Below, piece by piece: positions 54,811 through 64,000 of a stretch of DNA of 64,000 nucleotides. The stretch comes from an uncultured Gammaproteobacteria bacterium (GTDB lineage Bacteria > Pseudomonadota > Gammaproteobacteria > Pseudomonadales > Azotimanducaceae). The stretch spans positions 236,269 through 300,268 of the forward strand of contig CAWGGV010000009.1 in assembly GCA_963822255.1 (NCBI GenBank), in the 5' to 3' direction. The position numbers and the translations under genes were made by a program. How positions within the stretch are numbered: position 1 is the stretch's first letter; every line of letters starts with the position of its first letter. Below the pieces are notes generated by a model. That model was not told the origin of the DNA. It was given only the letters and a program-made list of their open reading frames with translations, and did not search any database.

Positions 54811-56250
54811 ATGAGCATCAATCACTACAGCAGCGCCGGCGACATGCTGGCGGCGCTTCGCGCACGCGAGATCTCGGCAACGGAGCTCACCGAGCTGCAC
54901 ATCGCCCGTATCGAGGCCCACGACGGTGAGCTGAACGCCATCCCCGTGCGCACTTTCGAACGGGCGCGGGCGCAGGCTCGGGCCGCGGACAAACGGCGCG
55001 CCGCCGGCGAGGAGGCGCCCCTGCTGGGTCTGCCGATGACCTTGAAAGAGTCCACCCAGGCCGCCGGCCTGCCGCAGACCGCCGGCATACCGGCCTTCAA
55101 GGACCATGTACCCACCAGCGACGGACTGATTGCGGCGTCGGTGTTCGAGGCGGGCGCGGCGCTGCTCGGCAAGACCAACATTCCGCTGGCGCTCAGCGAC
55201 TGGCAGGCGGACAGCCCGGTCTACGGACGGACGAACAATCCGTGGGACCGCTCGCGAACCCCCGGCGGCAGCACCGGTGGCGGGGGCGCGGCCCTCGCCG
55301 TCGGCATGACGCCGCTGGAGGTGGGCAGCGACATCGGCGGCTCGATACGGGTCCCGGCCGCCTACTGCGGCGTGTATGGCCATCGGCCCTCTGAAACGGC
55401 CGTTCCCAAGAGCGGCTCGTTTCCGCTGGCGGACCTGCCGAATCCCGCGTTTCTCATGGGGGTGCAGGGACCGCTGGCGCGGACGGCCGGCGATCTCGAG
55501 CTGCTGTTCGACGTCGTGCGGGGTCCGGACATCGGCGAGGAGGTGGGCTGGCAGCAGGCGCTGCCGCCGCCGCGCCGCGAGGCGCTCGGCGAGTTCCGCG
55601 TCGCCGTCATCGATTCGGTGCTCGGCATCCACGGCTCCAGTCAGATGCTGGCGAAGCTCGACGAGCTGGCCAGTCTCCTGTCCCGCGCCGGCGCCCGGGT
55701 GGAGGCGGTGCAGCCAGACTTCGACATGGAAGCCTACTTTCACGACTACAGCCGGCTGCTTCAGGCGATGGTGTCCCAGGGGCGCTCGCGGAAGGATCGC
55801 GAGGCGCGCGCCGCGCGCATGCGGGACAGCGGCGACCCTCTGACCATGGCCCAGATCGATGGGCTGCTGCTGGATGCCCACGAATACGTGAATCTGGTGG
55901 GCCGCCGCGAGGTGGCGCGGATGGCCTGGCGCCGGTTCTTTCAGGACTGGGACCTCGTCATCGCGCCCACGGCGCTGGATTCGGCGTTTCCCCACGAGAC
56001 CGGCGAGTTCGACAAGCGCACCCTTACGGTGGACAACCGGACGGTGCCCTACTTCGCCAACATCCTGTTTCCGATGCTGGCCATCTTCAGCGGGCTGCCG
56101 GCGACCGCGTTTCCCGCCGGCCGCGATTCTCAGGGCTTGCCCCTCGGGCTGCAGGCGATCGGCCCGTACCTGGAAGACCGGACGACGCTCCGCTTCGCGC
56201 AGTTGCTCGAGCGGGAGTGGTACCGGTTCGAGGCACCGCCAGGCTACTGA
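54811..56250 (+). CDS. amidase (amidase-signature family)
   Basis: AS signature GGSTGGGGAALAVGMTPLEVGSDIGGSIRVPA and the Ser-cisSer-Lys triad context. Confidence 0.85.
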   Translation: MSINHYSSAGDMLAALRAREISATELTELHIARIEAHDGELNAIPVRTFERARAQARAADKRRAAGEEAPLLGLPMTLKESTQAAGLPQTAGIPAFKDHVPTSDGLIAASVFEAGAALLGKTNIPLALSDWQADSPVYGRTNNPWDRSRTPGGSTGGGGAALAVGMTPLEVGSDIGGSIRVPAAYCGVYGHRPSETAVPKSGSFPLADLPNPAFLMGVQGPLARTAGDLELLFDVVRGPDIGEEVGWQQALPPPRREALGEFRVAVIDSVLGIHGSSQMLAKLDELASLLSRAGARVEAVQPDFDMEAYFHDYSRLLQAMVSQGRSRKDREARAARMRDSGDPLTMAQIDGLLLDAHEYVNLVGRREVARMAWRRFFQDWDLVIAPTALDSAFPHETGEFDKRTLTVDNRTVPYFANILFPMLAIFSGLPATAFPAGRDSQGLPLGLQAIGPYLEDRTTLRFAQLLEREWYRFEAPPGY

Positions 56251-56256
56251 GGGGCG

Positions 56257-56739
56257 TCATCGGTCGCGGTCCGCAGACTGCTCCAACGACGGGGCGGGGA
56301 CGGCGGGCGGGGCGCCCCAGTCGCAGCGCAAGGCCCGGCAGAGCTGCCGGTACAGGACGGGCCCGAGCCGCTCCGCCAGGGTCTCCTCCGCCTGGTGCAG
56401 GGTACGCAGCGCGTCGTCGCGCATCCGGACCCCCCGAGGATCGTCGGAGTAGCGGATGCGCTTCGCCCGCTTGTCGTGCGCATCCGCCTCGACCCACACC
56501 AAGCCGTCCTCCGCGAGCTCGGTCAGCGCCAGGTGCACTGCCTGCCGGCTGATGCCGAGATTGGCCGCCATCTGAATCGGCCGGGTCACGCCGTCGGCGA
56601 TGTTGATCATGAGCATCGACTTGGTGCGCGACACCCGCGGCCAGCCGGCGGCTTGCAGGTGGCGCTGCAGGCTCTCGTCGAACCAGTAGACGGCGTGCAG
56701 CAGATCCTTCAACAGGAACTCGCGCGACGGCTGCGCCAT
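56257..56739 (-). CDS. MarR family transcriptional regulator
   Basis: 160 aa. The winged-HTH region SRTKSMLMINIADGVTRPIQMAANLGISRQAVHLALTELAEDGLV matches the MarR family. Confidence 0.75.
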   Translation of the reverse strand: MAQPSREFLLKDLLHAVYWFDESLQRHLQAAGWPRVSRTKSMLMINIADGVTRPIQMAANLGISRQAVHLALTELAEDGLVWVEADAHDKRAKRIRYSDDPRGVRMRDDALRTLHQAEETLAERLGPVLYRQLCRALRCDWGAPPAVPAPSLEQSADRDR

Positions 56740-56744
56740 CGAGA

Positions 56745-57905
56745 TCAGCCCCCGAAGCCCTTGCGGGCGAGCCAGTCCTGCACCACCGCCACCGCCTCGT
56801 GGACCTTCTCGCGGCTCACGGTGTAATAGTGGTCGGCGCCGACAATCTGGTGGATCTCCTTGTCGTCGTGGCCGATCGCGTCGTACAGCCGCTGGGCGTG
56901 GCTCGGCGTGCAGGCGAGGTCCGCCGTGTTGTTGACCACCAGCACCGGGCAGGAGACGCGCGAGGCGTTGCCGAGGCCGTCGGCACGGGTCTCGTCGTAG
57001 CTCCACTGGGAAAGCCACGAGCGGAGGGTGGTGAACCGGGCGAGGCCCACCGGGCCGTCGTTGACGGTCTTCGGATCGCCCAGATAACAGGTGCCGGCAG
57101 GCCGGTCGGAGGGATCCTGCGACGGGTCCAGCCAGCGGACGTCGGCCATGGTGCCGTAGACCACGAACGGACGCTCCTGCACGGCGTTCGGATCGGCGCG
57201 AAGCTCGGCCAGGGTCTGCTTCACCCAGCGGGTGATGCGCCGGTTGCGCTCGAGCTGCGCCGCCCGGAACCGGCGAACGAACGCCTCCGAATACGGCGGC
57301 TGGTTCGGGTTGGCGGGGTCGTAGAGGTTCAGCTCCGTGTCCCGCTCGAACGGCCGGGTCTCGTCACTGATGGATGGATCGAGCCACTCCGTGGAGGTCA
57401 CCGCGCGGCTGATGTGGGCCGCCAGCAGCATGATGCCGTCCGCCGGCTGCAACCCGGCCTCCAGCAGATTCAGCGGGTCGCCGGCCGGGGTGTGGGTGAT
57501 GGTGGGATGCTCCGCCTGATCCTGATAGAACAGCGACAGGCTGCCGCCGCCGGACCAGCCGCCGAGCACCACCTTGCGGTAGCCGAACCGCTCCTTCAGG
57601 TCGCGGATGCAGGCGCCGAGGTCCTGCACGCACTTCTCCATGATCAGCGCGGTGTCGTTGCCCCGGTAGCGGGGGTTGCAGTAGACGGCATGGGTGCCCG
57701 CCCGCACCAGCGCGTTCACCATGGGCAGGAAGGCGCCACCGCCAATGGGGTGTGAGAACACCACCACCGTCTCCGCCTCGGGCTGCGCCTCCGGATAGAT
57801 GCGCATGCACTCCACGAACACGGCACCGGTGGAGCCGCCATAAGTGTCCTTCATGAGATCCGGGTCGGTGTGCACCACCCCGTACGGCTCGCGAACGATC
57901 TTCAT
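56745..57905 (-). CDS. alpha/beta hydrolase
   Basis: GGWSGGG nucleophile elbow. Sits 6 bp upstream of the MarR gene on the same strand. Confidence 0.75.
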   Translation of the reverse strand: MKIVREPYGVVHTDPDLMKDTYGGSTGAVFVECMRIYPEAQPEAETVVVFSHPIGGGAFLPMVNALVRAGTHAVYCNPRYRGNDTALIMEKCVQDLGACIRDLKERFGYRKVVLGGWSGGGSLSLFYQDQAEHPTITHTPAGDPLNLLEAGLQPADGIMLLAAHISRAVTSTEWLDPSISDETRPFERDTELNLYDPANPNQPPYSEAFVRRFRAAQLERNRRITRWVKQTLAELRADPNAVQERPFVVYGTMADVRWLDPSQDPSDRPAGTCYLGDPKTVNDGPVGLARFTTLRSWLSQWSYDETRADGLGNASRVSCPVLVVNNTADLACTPSHAQRLYDAIGHDDKEIHQIVGADHYYTVSREKVHEAVAVVQDWLARKGFGG

Positions 57906-57983
57906 CTGCGCCTCCTCACCGTCATGCGGCCCGGGCGGGCGGCACTGGCCGCTAGTTTGTTAAGTGCTTGACAGAGTAGTCGA

Positions 57984-58638
57984 GTGCCGGGACTCTATTC
58001 CCGCTCTCCGACAGTGCAACGAGTGGGCTGTCTCTCGCCGCTGGTGGCCCTGTACTGGATGCACGGCGTCGATGGCGCCTGGCACGGCTTCATGAAAGCC
58101 AACGACCACTGCTATCTGGCGTTCGTGCAGATGGACGCCATCAAGGACATCCCCATCGAGTACGGCAAGTCCCACGCGGGCTCCGGCGCGCTGCCCTCCG
58201 CCCCCGGGTACCATGCAGCATCTGGCCCTGAACGTGGACACCGTGGACGAGCTCGTGAACATCCGCGACCGCATCCGCTCCCGGGGCGTGAACGTGCTCG
58301 GGCCCATCGACCACGGCATGTGTCAATCCATCTACTTCGCCGGCCCCGAAGGGCTGACCCTGGAGGTAGCGACGTCCGAGGCGGCCATCGATCAGCGCGC
58401 CTGGATCGATCCCGAGGTGGTGGCGCTGGCCGGCATCTCCGACGACAAGCTCGCACGCTTCAAGCAGCCGGCGGGCTATGCGGGAGAAGGCGGCACGGTG
58501 CCGCAGCCACCCATCGACCCGAGCAAGCCGCACATGCGCTATCCGCCGAAGGTGTACGAGCGGATCATGGCGATGGGCGACCAGGAGATCTTCGAGGCGT
58601 CCAGCGAGACGGAGCCGCCGGTGCAGGTGACGGGCTGA
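57984..58638 (+). CDS. VOC (glyoxalase/bleomycin-resistance/dioxygenase) family protein with an apparent frameshift at the C-run near 58195-58215; start uncertain
   Basis: The C-terminal module MQHLALNVDTVDELVNIRDRIRSRGVNVLGPIDHG...YFAGPEGLTLEV is intact. The N-terminal module (...DHCYLAFVQMDAIKDIPIEYGKSH...) lies in a different frame. Confidence 0.5.
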
Positions 58639-58713
58639 AGTTGGGTACTGTGCCCTGGCGGGGAGCGATCTCAGCAGGCACTCTACGCCCGGCTCATCCA
58701 CAGGCACGCCAGC

Positions 58714-61488
58714 ATGCCCATCGTTCTCGCGCTCACGTTCGCGGTTCTCGGCGGATGGTGGGCGCAATGGCCCGGACTGCTCGCCGGCTCGGTGATCGGC
58801 TGGCTCCTCGGCAGCGTGCAGGCGCTGCGCGCGCGGGTCGACGAGCTCGACCGGGTATTGGCCGGCCTGCGGGCCGCGCAACCACCGCCGGCCGATGCCG
58901 TCGAGAGCCGCACGGCTATTTCGGAGCCGGCGGGCGAGCCAGCCGTCTCGGCCGACGCGTCCCCTGGGACAGCGTCGGCGCCCTGGCCGCCGGCTGACGT
59001 GCCGGCCGATGCGGCCGCGCCCGTGGCCACCGCACCGGACGTCTTCAGCGGCCCACCCGCCACCCCAACCCGACTGGCCCGGGCGCTCGACGCCGGCCGC
59101 GCCTGGATCGAGCGCTACCTGGCCAGCGGCAATCCGGTGGTGAAGATCGGTGTGGTCGTGCTGTTCATCGGCGTGGCTTTCCTGCTGCGCTACGCGGCGG
59201 AGCGGGTCACCGTTCCCGTCGAGCTTCGGCTGACCTTGGTGGCCGCCGCCGCCATCGTGGTGCTGGTGATCGGCTGGCGCCTGCGCCACCGTCCGGACGC
59301 CTATGGTCTGACTCTGCAGGGCGCAGCCGTGGGCGTTTTGTACCTCACGGTGTTCGCCGCCGCCCGGCTCTACGGCGTGGTGCCGGTAGCGGCCGCGTTC
59401 CCGCTGCTGGTCTTCGTGGTGCTGTTCTCGACCATCATGGCGGTGCTGCAGAATGCTCAGGTGCTGGCTGGCTTCGCCCTCGCCGGCGGATTTCTCGCCC
59501 CCGTGCTCATGTCCACCGGCACTGGCAGCCACGTGGTGCTGTTCTCCTATTACGCCCTGCTCAACGCCGGCGTGCTCGCTATGGCGTGGTTCCGCGCCTG
59601 GCGCGTGGTGAACTGGATCGGCTTCATGTTCACCTTCGTCATCGGTGCCTCCTGGGGCTATCGCTACTATCAGCCGGCCTATTTCGCGAGCACCGAGCCG
59701 TTCCTGGTGCTGTTCTTTCTCTACTACGTGGCGGTGGCGACGCTGTTCACCCGGCCCGCCGTGCAGCAGCGCGCCGGCGGGGCCGCTCTCATGGACGGCA
59801 CGTTGCTGTTCGGCACCCCCGTCGTCGCCTTCGCCCTGCAGGCGGCACTGGTACGGCACCTGGCATTCGGGCTCGCCTACTCGGCGCTGTTCATGGCGGC
59901 CGTGTACGTGGCGCTTACCGCCTGGCTCCGCCGCCGGCGGGTATTCGAGTCGCTGCTCGGCCAGTCGTATCTGGCGCTCGGCATCGTCTTCGCGAGCCTG
60001 GCAATCCCGTTCGCCTTCGACAATCAGCGCTGGACGGCGGCGGCCTGGTCGCTGGAGGGCGCCGGCCTCGTGTGGGTGGGGCTGAGACAGCAGCGCCTGC
60101 TGCCGCGGCTGCTCGGCATGGGGCTCCAGCTTGCGGCCGGCGCGGCGTTCATGAGCATGCTGGGTCGATCGGCGGAGCCGCGCCTGCTGCTGAACAGCGT
60201 CTACCTCGGCTGCTTGATGCTGGGTCTGGCGGGCCTGTTCAGCGCGCTCCAGTTCCACCGGCAGAGCCGCCGGCAAGGCGCCAGCGTCCGACCGCTCGAG
60301 CGTCGCCTGGCGCCGGCCGTGTTTCTCACGTGGGGCCTCGTCTGGTGGCTGGCAGGCGGGCTGCGCGAGACCCTGGTGAACGTCGGCGACCGTTACTGGC
60401 TGGAAGCCATTGCCGGTTACGTGGCAGCGAGCTTCGGCGCGCTCACGCTGACGGCGATCCGGCTGCGCTGGCCGGCCGCGGCCAGACCTTCCGTGGCGAC
60501 CATTCCCGTCGTCGGCATGCTGATACTGGTGGGCACCGCGTTCTCCGACAGCCGCCTGGGCGACCCCTTCCGCGACCTCGGCTGGCTGGTCTGGCCGCCG
60601 GTCCTGATGCTGATCTGGCACGATCTGTATCTGGCCGAACGCCACCACGTGTGGCGCAGGCGAGTGCTGTCGGCGGCCCACGCAGCCGCGCTCGCGGTGC
60701 TCACCCTGTGGCTCGGCTGGATGCTCGACAGCGGCATCGCGGCGCTCACCCGCGGCCAAACAGCGCCGGTGTGGCACCAACTGGCGTGGGGTCTGGTGCC
60801 CGCCGTGCTGATGATCGCGCCCGCGCGGCTGCGGCGGCGTCTGGACTGGCCGCTCGGACGCTACGCGGAGGCCTACCTGGGGCTTGGTCTCGTGCCCGTC
60901 GCGGTGCTGCTGGTGATCTGGCTTGCGTCGACGGGCACCGCCGCCGGCGATCCCGCGCCCCTCGGCTACCTGCCGCTGCTGAATCCGCTGGAACTGGTGC
61001 AACTCGCCGGTTTGCTGGCGCTCTACGATTGGACGGCACGGCAACGCGGAGCACGGCTCGACCCGTTTGTGCCGGCTCTCGAGCTGGCAACTGCAGCCGC
61101 TGCCTTCTACTGGCTGAACACCGCGGCTGCCCGGGCCGTGCACTACCTGGGCGGGATAGACTATCCCCTCGGTCACATCGCCGGGAGCGCGGTCTTCCAG
61201 GCGACGATCTCGATCCTCTGGACGCTGCTGGCGCTGGCCGCCATGGTGCTGGGATCCCGCCGCCCGTCCCGGCGGATCTGGATCGGCGGTGCCGCTCTGC
61301 TTGCAGTCGTGACGGTGAAGCTGTTCCTGGTGGATCTCTCGGGAATCGGCACCGTCGCCCGCATCGTCTCGTTCGTCTCGGTGGGCGTGCTGATGCTGGT
61401 CATCGGCTTCCTCGCGCCGCTGCCCCCGAAGGATCGGATGGACAAGGATGGGGTAGAGCAACCGGCAACGGAGCTGGAGCACGTATGA
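58714..61488 (+). CDS. DUF2339-type large polytopic membrane protein
   Basis: 924 aa with an N-terminal TM segment, a coiled-coil and a Pro/Ala-rich linker, then more than 20 TM helices. This is the architecture I recall for PF10101 (DUF2339). Confidence 0.75.
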   Translation: MPIVLALTFAVLGGWWAQWPGLLAGSVIGWLLGSVQALRARVDELDRVLAGLRAAQPPPADAVESRTAISEPAGEPAVSADASPGTASAPWPPADVPADAAAPVATAPDVFSGPPATPTRLARALDAGRAWIERYLASGNPVVKIGVVVLFIGVAFLLRYAAERVTVPVELRLTLVAAAAIVVLVIGWRLRHRPDAYGLTLQGAAVGVLYLTVFAAARLYGVVPVAAAFPLLVFVVLFSTIMAVLQNAQVLAGFALAGGFLAPVLMSTGTGSHVVLFSYYALLNAGVLAMAWFRAWRVVNWIGFMFTFVIGASWGYRYYQPAYFASTEPFLVLFFLYYVAVATLFTRPAVQQRAGGAALMDGTLLFGTPVVAFALQAALVRHLAFGLAYSALFMAAVYVALTAWLRRRRVFESLLGQSYLALGIVFASLAIPFAFDNQRWTAAAWSLEGAGLVWVGLRQQRLLPRLLGMGLQLAAGAAFMSMLGRSAEPRLLLNSVYLGCLMLGLAGLFSALQFHRQSRRQGASVRPLERRLAPAVFLTWGLVWWLAGGLRETLVNVGDRYWLEAIAGYVAASFGALTLTAIRLRWPAAARPSVATIPVVGMLILVGTAFSDSRLGDPFRDLGWLVWPPVLMLIWHDLYLAERHHVWRRRVLSAAHAAALAVLTLWLGWMLDSGIAALTRGQTAPVWHQLAWGLVPAVLMIAPARLRRRLDWPLGRYAEAYLGLGLVPVAVLLVIWLASTGTAAGDPAPLGYLPLLNPLELVQLAGLLALYDWTARQRGARLDPFVPALELATAAAAFYWLNTAAARAVHYLGGIDYPLGHIAGSAVFQATISILWTLLALAAMVLGSRRPSRRIWIGGAALLAVVTVKLFLVDLSGIGTVARIVSFVSVGVLMLVIGFLAPLPPKDRMDKDGVEQPATELEHV

Positions 61489-62888
61489 AGGCATCGTTCG
61501 TCCTGCTGGCGGTACTGGCGGCCTTCGGTCCGCCGGCGATCGCCGCCCCCGATGACTACGCAAAGGGGCTGGTGGTGCGCGCGGACGAGTCCGGCGCCGT
61601 CGTGCGCGTGGTGGTGCCGGATGTGGTCTATCGGACGGTGACCACGGCCGACCTTCATGACGTGGCCGTGTTCGACGGCACGGGCAACCCGGTGCCTTTC
61701 GCCATCCGCCGGCCCACCGCCACCGCCGAGCGCTGGAGCGACCGACAGGCCCTGCCGGTGTTCGCGCTGCCGGACGCGCCGGATGGCAGTGCCGGCTCGA
61801 GAATCAACGTCCAGCTCGCCGGCGACGGCACGGTGGTGGCGATCGAAGGCGCGAGCGGTGGAACCCGTTCCACCCGATTCCTGATCGACGCCAGCGACCG
61901 GTCCGGCCGCATCGACCGCCTCGAGTTGCAATGGGCCGACACGGGAGCCGACTTCACGGCCGACGCGCGGGTGGAAGCGAGTGACGATCTCACGTCCTGG
62001 CACCCGGTCGGGGCCCGGGCCACCGTGGCAGCGCTCAGCAACAAGGGCCGTCACGTCGTGCAGAACGAGATCGATCTGCCTGCGGTGAACGATCGCTATC
62101 TGCGTCTGACGCTGTCGGATACCACGGCGCCGCTGGAGATCCGCCAGGTCACTGCGCGGGCGCGCCAGGCCGAGGCGCAGCGGCGGGCGAGCAGGACTCT
62201 GCCAGGATCTGTTCTATCCCGCGACCAGGGGGCGCTGATCGCGTACCACACCGGCGGGCTGTTTCCCGTCGACCGCATCGCCCTGGCGTTGCCCCAGGCG
62301 AACCAAGCCGTCGCGGCCAAGGTGTATCTTGGCCGCCCCGATGGCAACGCCGAAGGGCGGTACGTCGGCGAGCATCTGTTCTTTCGCGTGGATTCCAGCG
62401 GCCGGAGCGGGACCACGAGTCGCAGCTCGGCAGCCATGTCGGTGCCCGCCACGGCGGCGCCGTTGTGGCTGCTCGAGACGGACCAGAGGTTCGCGGCCGA
62501 TGAGCCTCCACCGGCGCTCGTCATCCAGTGGCTGCCCCATGAGGTGGTGTTTCTCAAGCAGGGCAGCGGCCCTTACACCCTGGCCTTCGGCCGCGGCGAC
62601 GCCGAACCTTCCGAGTGGCCGCTCTCGCGCTTCGAGTCCCTGCTGGACGACGGCACCTCGTTCGCCGATCTGCCGGTGGCGCCCACGGGCAAAACGCTCA
62701 CCCTCGGCGGCGCCGGCCGCCTGACGCCAATGCGGCGGCTGCCCTGGGAACGCATCGCGCTGTGGTCGATGCTGCTGCTCGGGGTGGTGACCGTCGGCGG
62801 TTTCGCCTGGCGCCTCGCGCGCGCCGCTGCCCCGGCGGTCGAGTCGGCCCCCGACACGGCAGCGCCCGACCGTCACCTCGAGAGATAG
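61485..62888 (+). CDS. DUF3999-like secreted or periplasmic protein with a C-terminal TM anchor
   Basis: Signal peptide MKASFVLLAVLAAFGPPAIAAP; a C-terminal hydrophobic anchor. Its ATG overlaps the DUF2339 stop (ATGA). DUF2339/DUF3999 pairing is recalled from other genomes. Confidence 0.65.
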   Translation: MKASFVLLAVLAAFGPPAIAAPDDYAKGLVVRADESGAVVRVVVPDVVYRTVTTADLHDVAVFDGTGNPVPFAIRRPTATAERWSDRQALPVFALPDAPDGSAGSRINVQLAGDGTVVAIEGASGGTRSTRFLIDASDRSGRIDRLELQWADTGADFTADARVEASDDLTSWHPVGARATVAALSNKGRHVVQNEIDLPAVNDRYLRLTLSDTTAPLEIRQVTARARQAEAQRRASRTLPGSVLSRDQGALIAYHTGGLFPVDRIALALPQANQAVAAKVYLGRPDGNAEGRYVGEHLFFRVDSSGRSGTTSRSSAAMSVPATAAPLWLLETDQRFAADEPPPALVIQWLPHEVVFLKQGSGPYTLAFGRGDAEPSEWPLSRFESLLDDGTSFADLPVAPTGKTLTLGGAGRLTPMRRLPWERIALWSMLLLGVVTVGGFAWRLARAAAPAVESAPDTAAPDRHLER

Positions 62889-62972
62889 GCCTGCGGTTGC
62901 GTCCTCTCGCGGGTGGCGAGATCCACCGATCGGCGGCATGATGAGGGCCACCTGGAGAAACGAGGCACCACC

Positions 62973-64000
62973 ATGGCCGAAGCCGTTGCCAGCCACCATA
63001 CCGACGTGGACGACATTCCGCTGGACCAGATCGACGTCAGTCGCGCGGAGCTGTTCCAATCCGATACCCATTGGGCGTACTTCCGCCGCCTGCGCCGGGA
63101 AGACCCCGTGCACTACTGTCCCGACAGCCTGTTCGGCCCCTACTGGTCGGTGACCAAGTTCCGCGACATCATGGCCATGGAGGGTAACCATCAGGACTTC
63201 TCCTCGGCCGGCGGCATCGTGCTCGCCGACCGGCCCGAGGAATTTCAGACCGTCAACTTCATCTCCATGGACCCGCCGAAACACGACGTGCAGCGCAAGA
63301 CCGTGCAAGGCGTGGTGGCGCCCGTCAACCTGGCGAAGCTGGAAGCAACCATTCGCGAGCGGGCGGCGCACATCCTCGACAGCCTGCCGGTGGACGAACC
63401 GTTCGATTGGGTGGACCGGGTCTCCATCGAGCTGACCACTCAGATGCTCGCCACCATCTTCGACTTCCCGTTCGAAGAGCGTCGCAAGCTGACCCACTGG
63501 TCCGACATGGCCACCTCAGGCGAGCTGGCGGGCGGCCCCACCCCGGAGCCCGTGCGGCGCAAGGCCCTGATGGAGTGCCTCGAGTACTTCACCGAGCTGC
63601 GCAACGAGCGCGTCAACCAGCCGCCGAGGCCCGACCTGTTGTCCATGCTGGCGCACGGCCGTGACACGCAGAACATGCCGCCCATGGAGTTCCTGGGGAA
63701 CCTGATTCTGCTCATCGTCGGCGGCAACGACACCACCCGCAACTCCATCTCCGGCGGCGTGCTCGCGCTGAACCAGAACCCTGACGAATACGACAAGCTG
63801 CGCAACGACCTTGGTCTCATTCCCAACATGGTTCCGGAGATCATCCGCTGGCAGACGCCGCTGGCCTACATGCGACGCACCGCCACCCGGGACCTGGAGT
63901 TTGCCGGCAAGAACATCAGGAAGGGCGACAAGATCGCCATGTGGTACGTGTCCGGCAACCGCGACGAGGAGGTCATCGACGATCCGGACAGCTTCCGCAT
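62973..64000 (+). CDS. cytochrome P450, CYP153 family (alkane/terminal hydroxylase-like), 5' portion; continues past the window end
   Basis: The N-terminal region is collinear with CYP153 enzymes: IPLDQIDVSRAELFQ, FGPYWSVTKF, FISMDPPKHDVQRKTVQGVVAP, MEFLGNLILLIVGGNDTTRNS, PNMVPEIIRWQTPLAYMRRTA. Confidence 0.85.
   Translation, partial: MAEAVASHHTDVDDIPLDQIDVSRAELFQSDTHWAYFRRLRREDPVHYCPDSLFGPYWSVTKFRDIMAMEGNHQDFSSAGGIVLADRPEEFQTVNFISMDPPKHDVQRKTVQGVVAPVNLAKLEATIRERAAHILDSLPVDEPFDWVDRVSIELTTQMLATIFDFPFEERRKLTHWSDMATSGELAGGPTPEPVRRKALMECLEYFTELRNERVNQPPRPDLLSMLAHGRDTQNMPPMEFLGNLILLIVGGNDTTRNSISGGVLALNQNPDEYDKLRNDLGLIPNMVPEIIRWQTPLAYMRRTATRDLEFAGKNIRKGDKIAMWYVSGNRDEEVIDDPDSFR

Noticed and set aside
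50134-55995. Very long ORFs (50134..55995 – 1953 aa, 58141..61563 – 1140 aa, 3299..5149 –, 1734..3245 –, 12008..13705 –, 15..1019 +) lying antisense to the annotated genes
   Set aside because: High-GC DNA is depleted in stop codons on the strand opposite real genes. Their translations are low-complexity Arg/Ala/Gly/Pro-rich with no motif, whereas the opposite-strand genes have unambiguous family signatures.
57960-58000. TTGACA hexamer (57967-57972) as the sigma-70 –35 box for the VOC gene
   Set aside because: No convincing –10 hexamer at 16-18 bp spacing (TCTATT is at best weak), and the VOC start codon is itself uncertain. Left as unassigned.

Overview
This is a 64-kb window of high-GC (~68-70%) chromosomal DNA. 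Gene content (TldD/PmbA, HflKC, YghU) points to a proteobacterium. It is densely coding on both strands with about 50 genes, no rRNA or tRNA genes, and no integrase, transposase, prophage or CRISPR. The content is a mosaic of transporters, membrane-organisation genes and oxidative or xenobiotic catabolic genes. Membrane-organisation genes are NfeD–flotillin, HflK/HflC and DedA. Catabolic genes include a CYP153-type P450 (3' partial), a Baeyer–Villiger monooxygenase with a coupled esterase, a luciferase-like oxidoreductase, and a phosphotriesterase-like lactonase coupled to an acyl-CoA ligase. There is also a single-chain biotin-dependent acyl-CoA carboxylase, an amidase, two tandem NADPH oxidoreductases and a phospholipase C-like phosphoesterase. 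The content suggests a hydrocarbon or lipid-degrading lifestyle. The most unusual items are listed next. (1) A translationally coupled cluster of a BNR/Asp-box beta-propeller protein, a MoaD/ThiS-like protein ending in Gly-Gly and a TSUP/TauE permease. It is followed by a low-GC Trp-rich two-helix membrane protein with a perfect palindrome upstream. (2) A genome-specific REP-like palindromic repeat (core GATCGCGGCCGGGAGGCCGCTCCCACA). It sits in a convergent intergenic cluster and is also inserted in-frame inside two coding genes. (3) A tandemly duplicated ~192-bp hairpin-rich intergenic element. (4) A GluR0-type ligand-gated K+ channel with a tandem hexapeptide repeat in its signal peptide. 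(5) A coupled DUF2339/DUF3999 envelope protein pair next to the CYP153 gene. At least seven otherwise well-conserved genes carry apparent single-base frameshifts, and one acylase gene carries at least four. The assembly may therefore contain indel errors, so disruptions are reported but not over-interpreted. Coordinates derived by hand-counting may be off by ±1-3 nt; those taken from the ORF track are exact.
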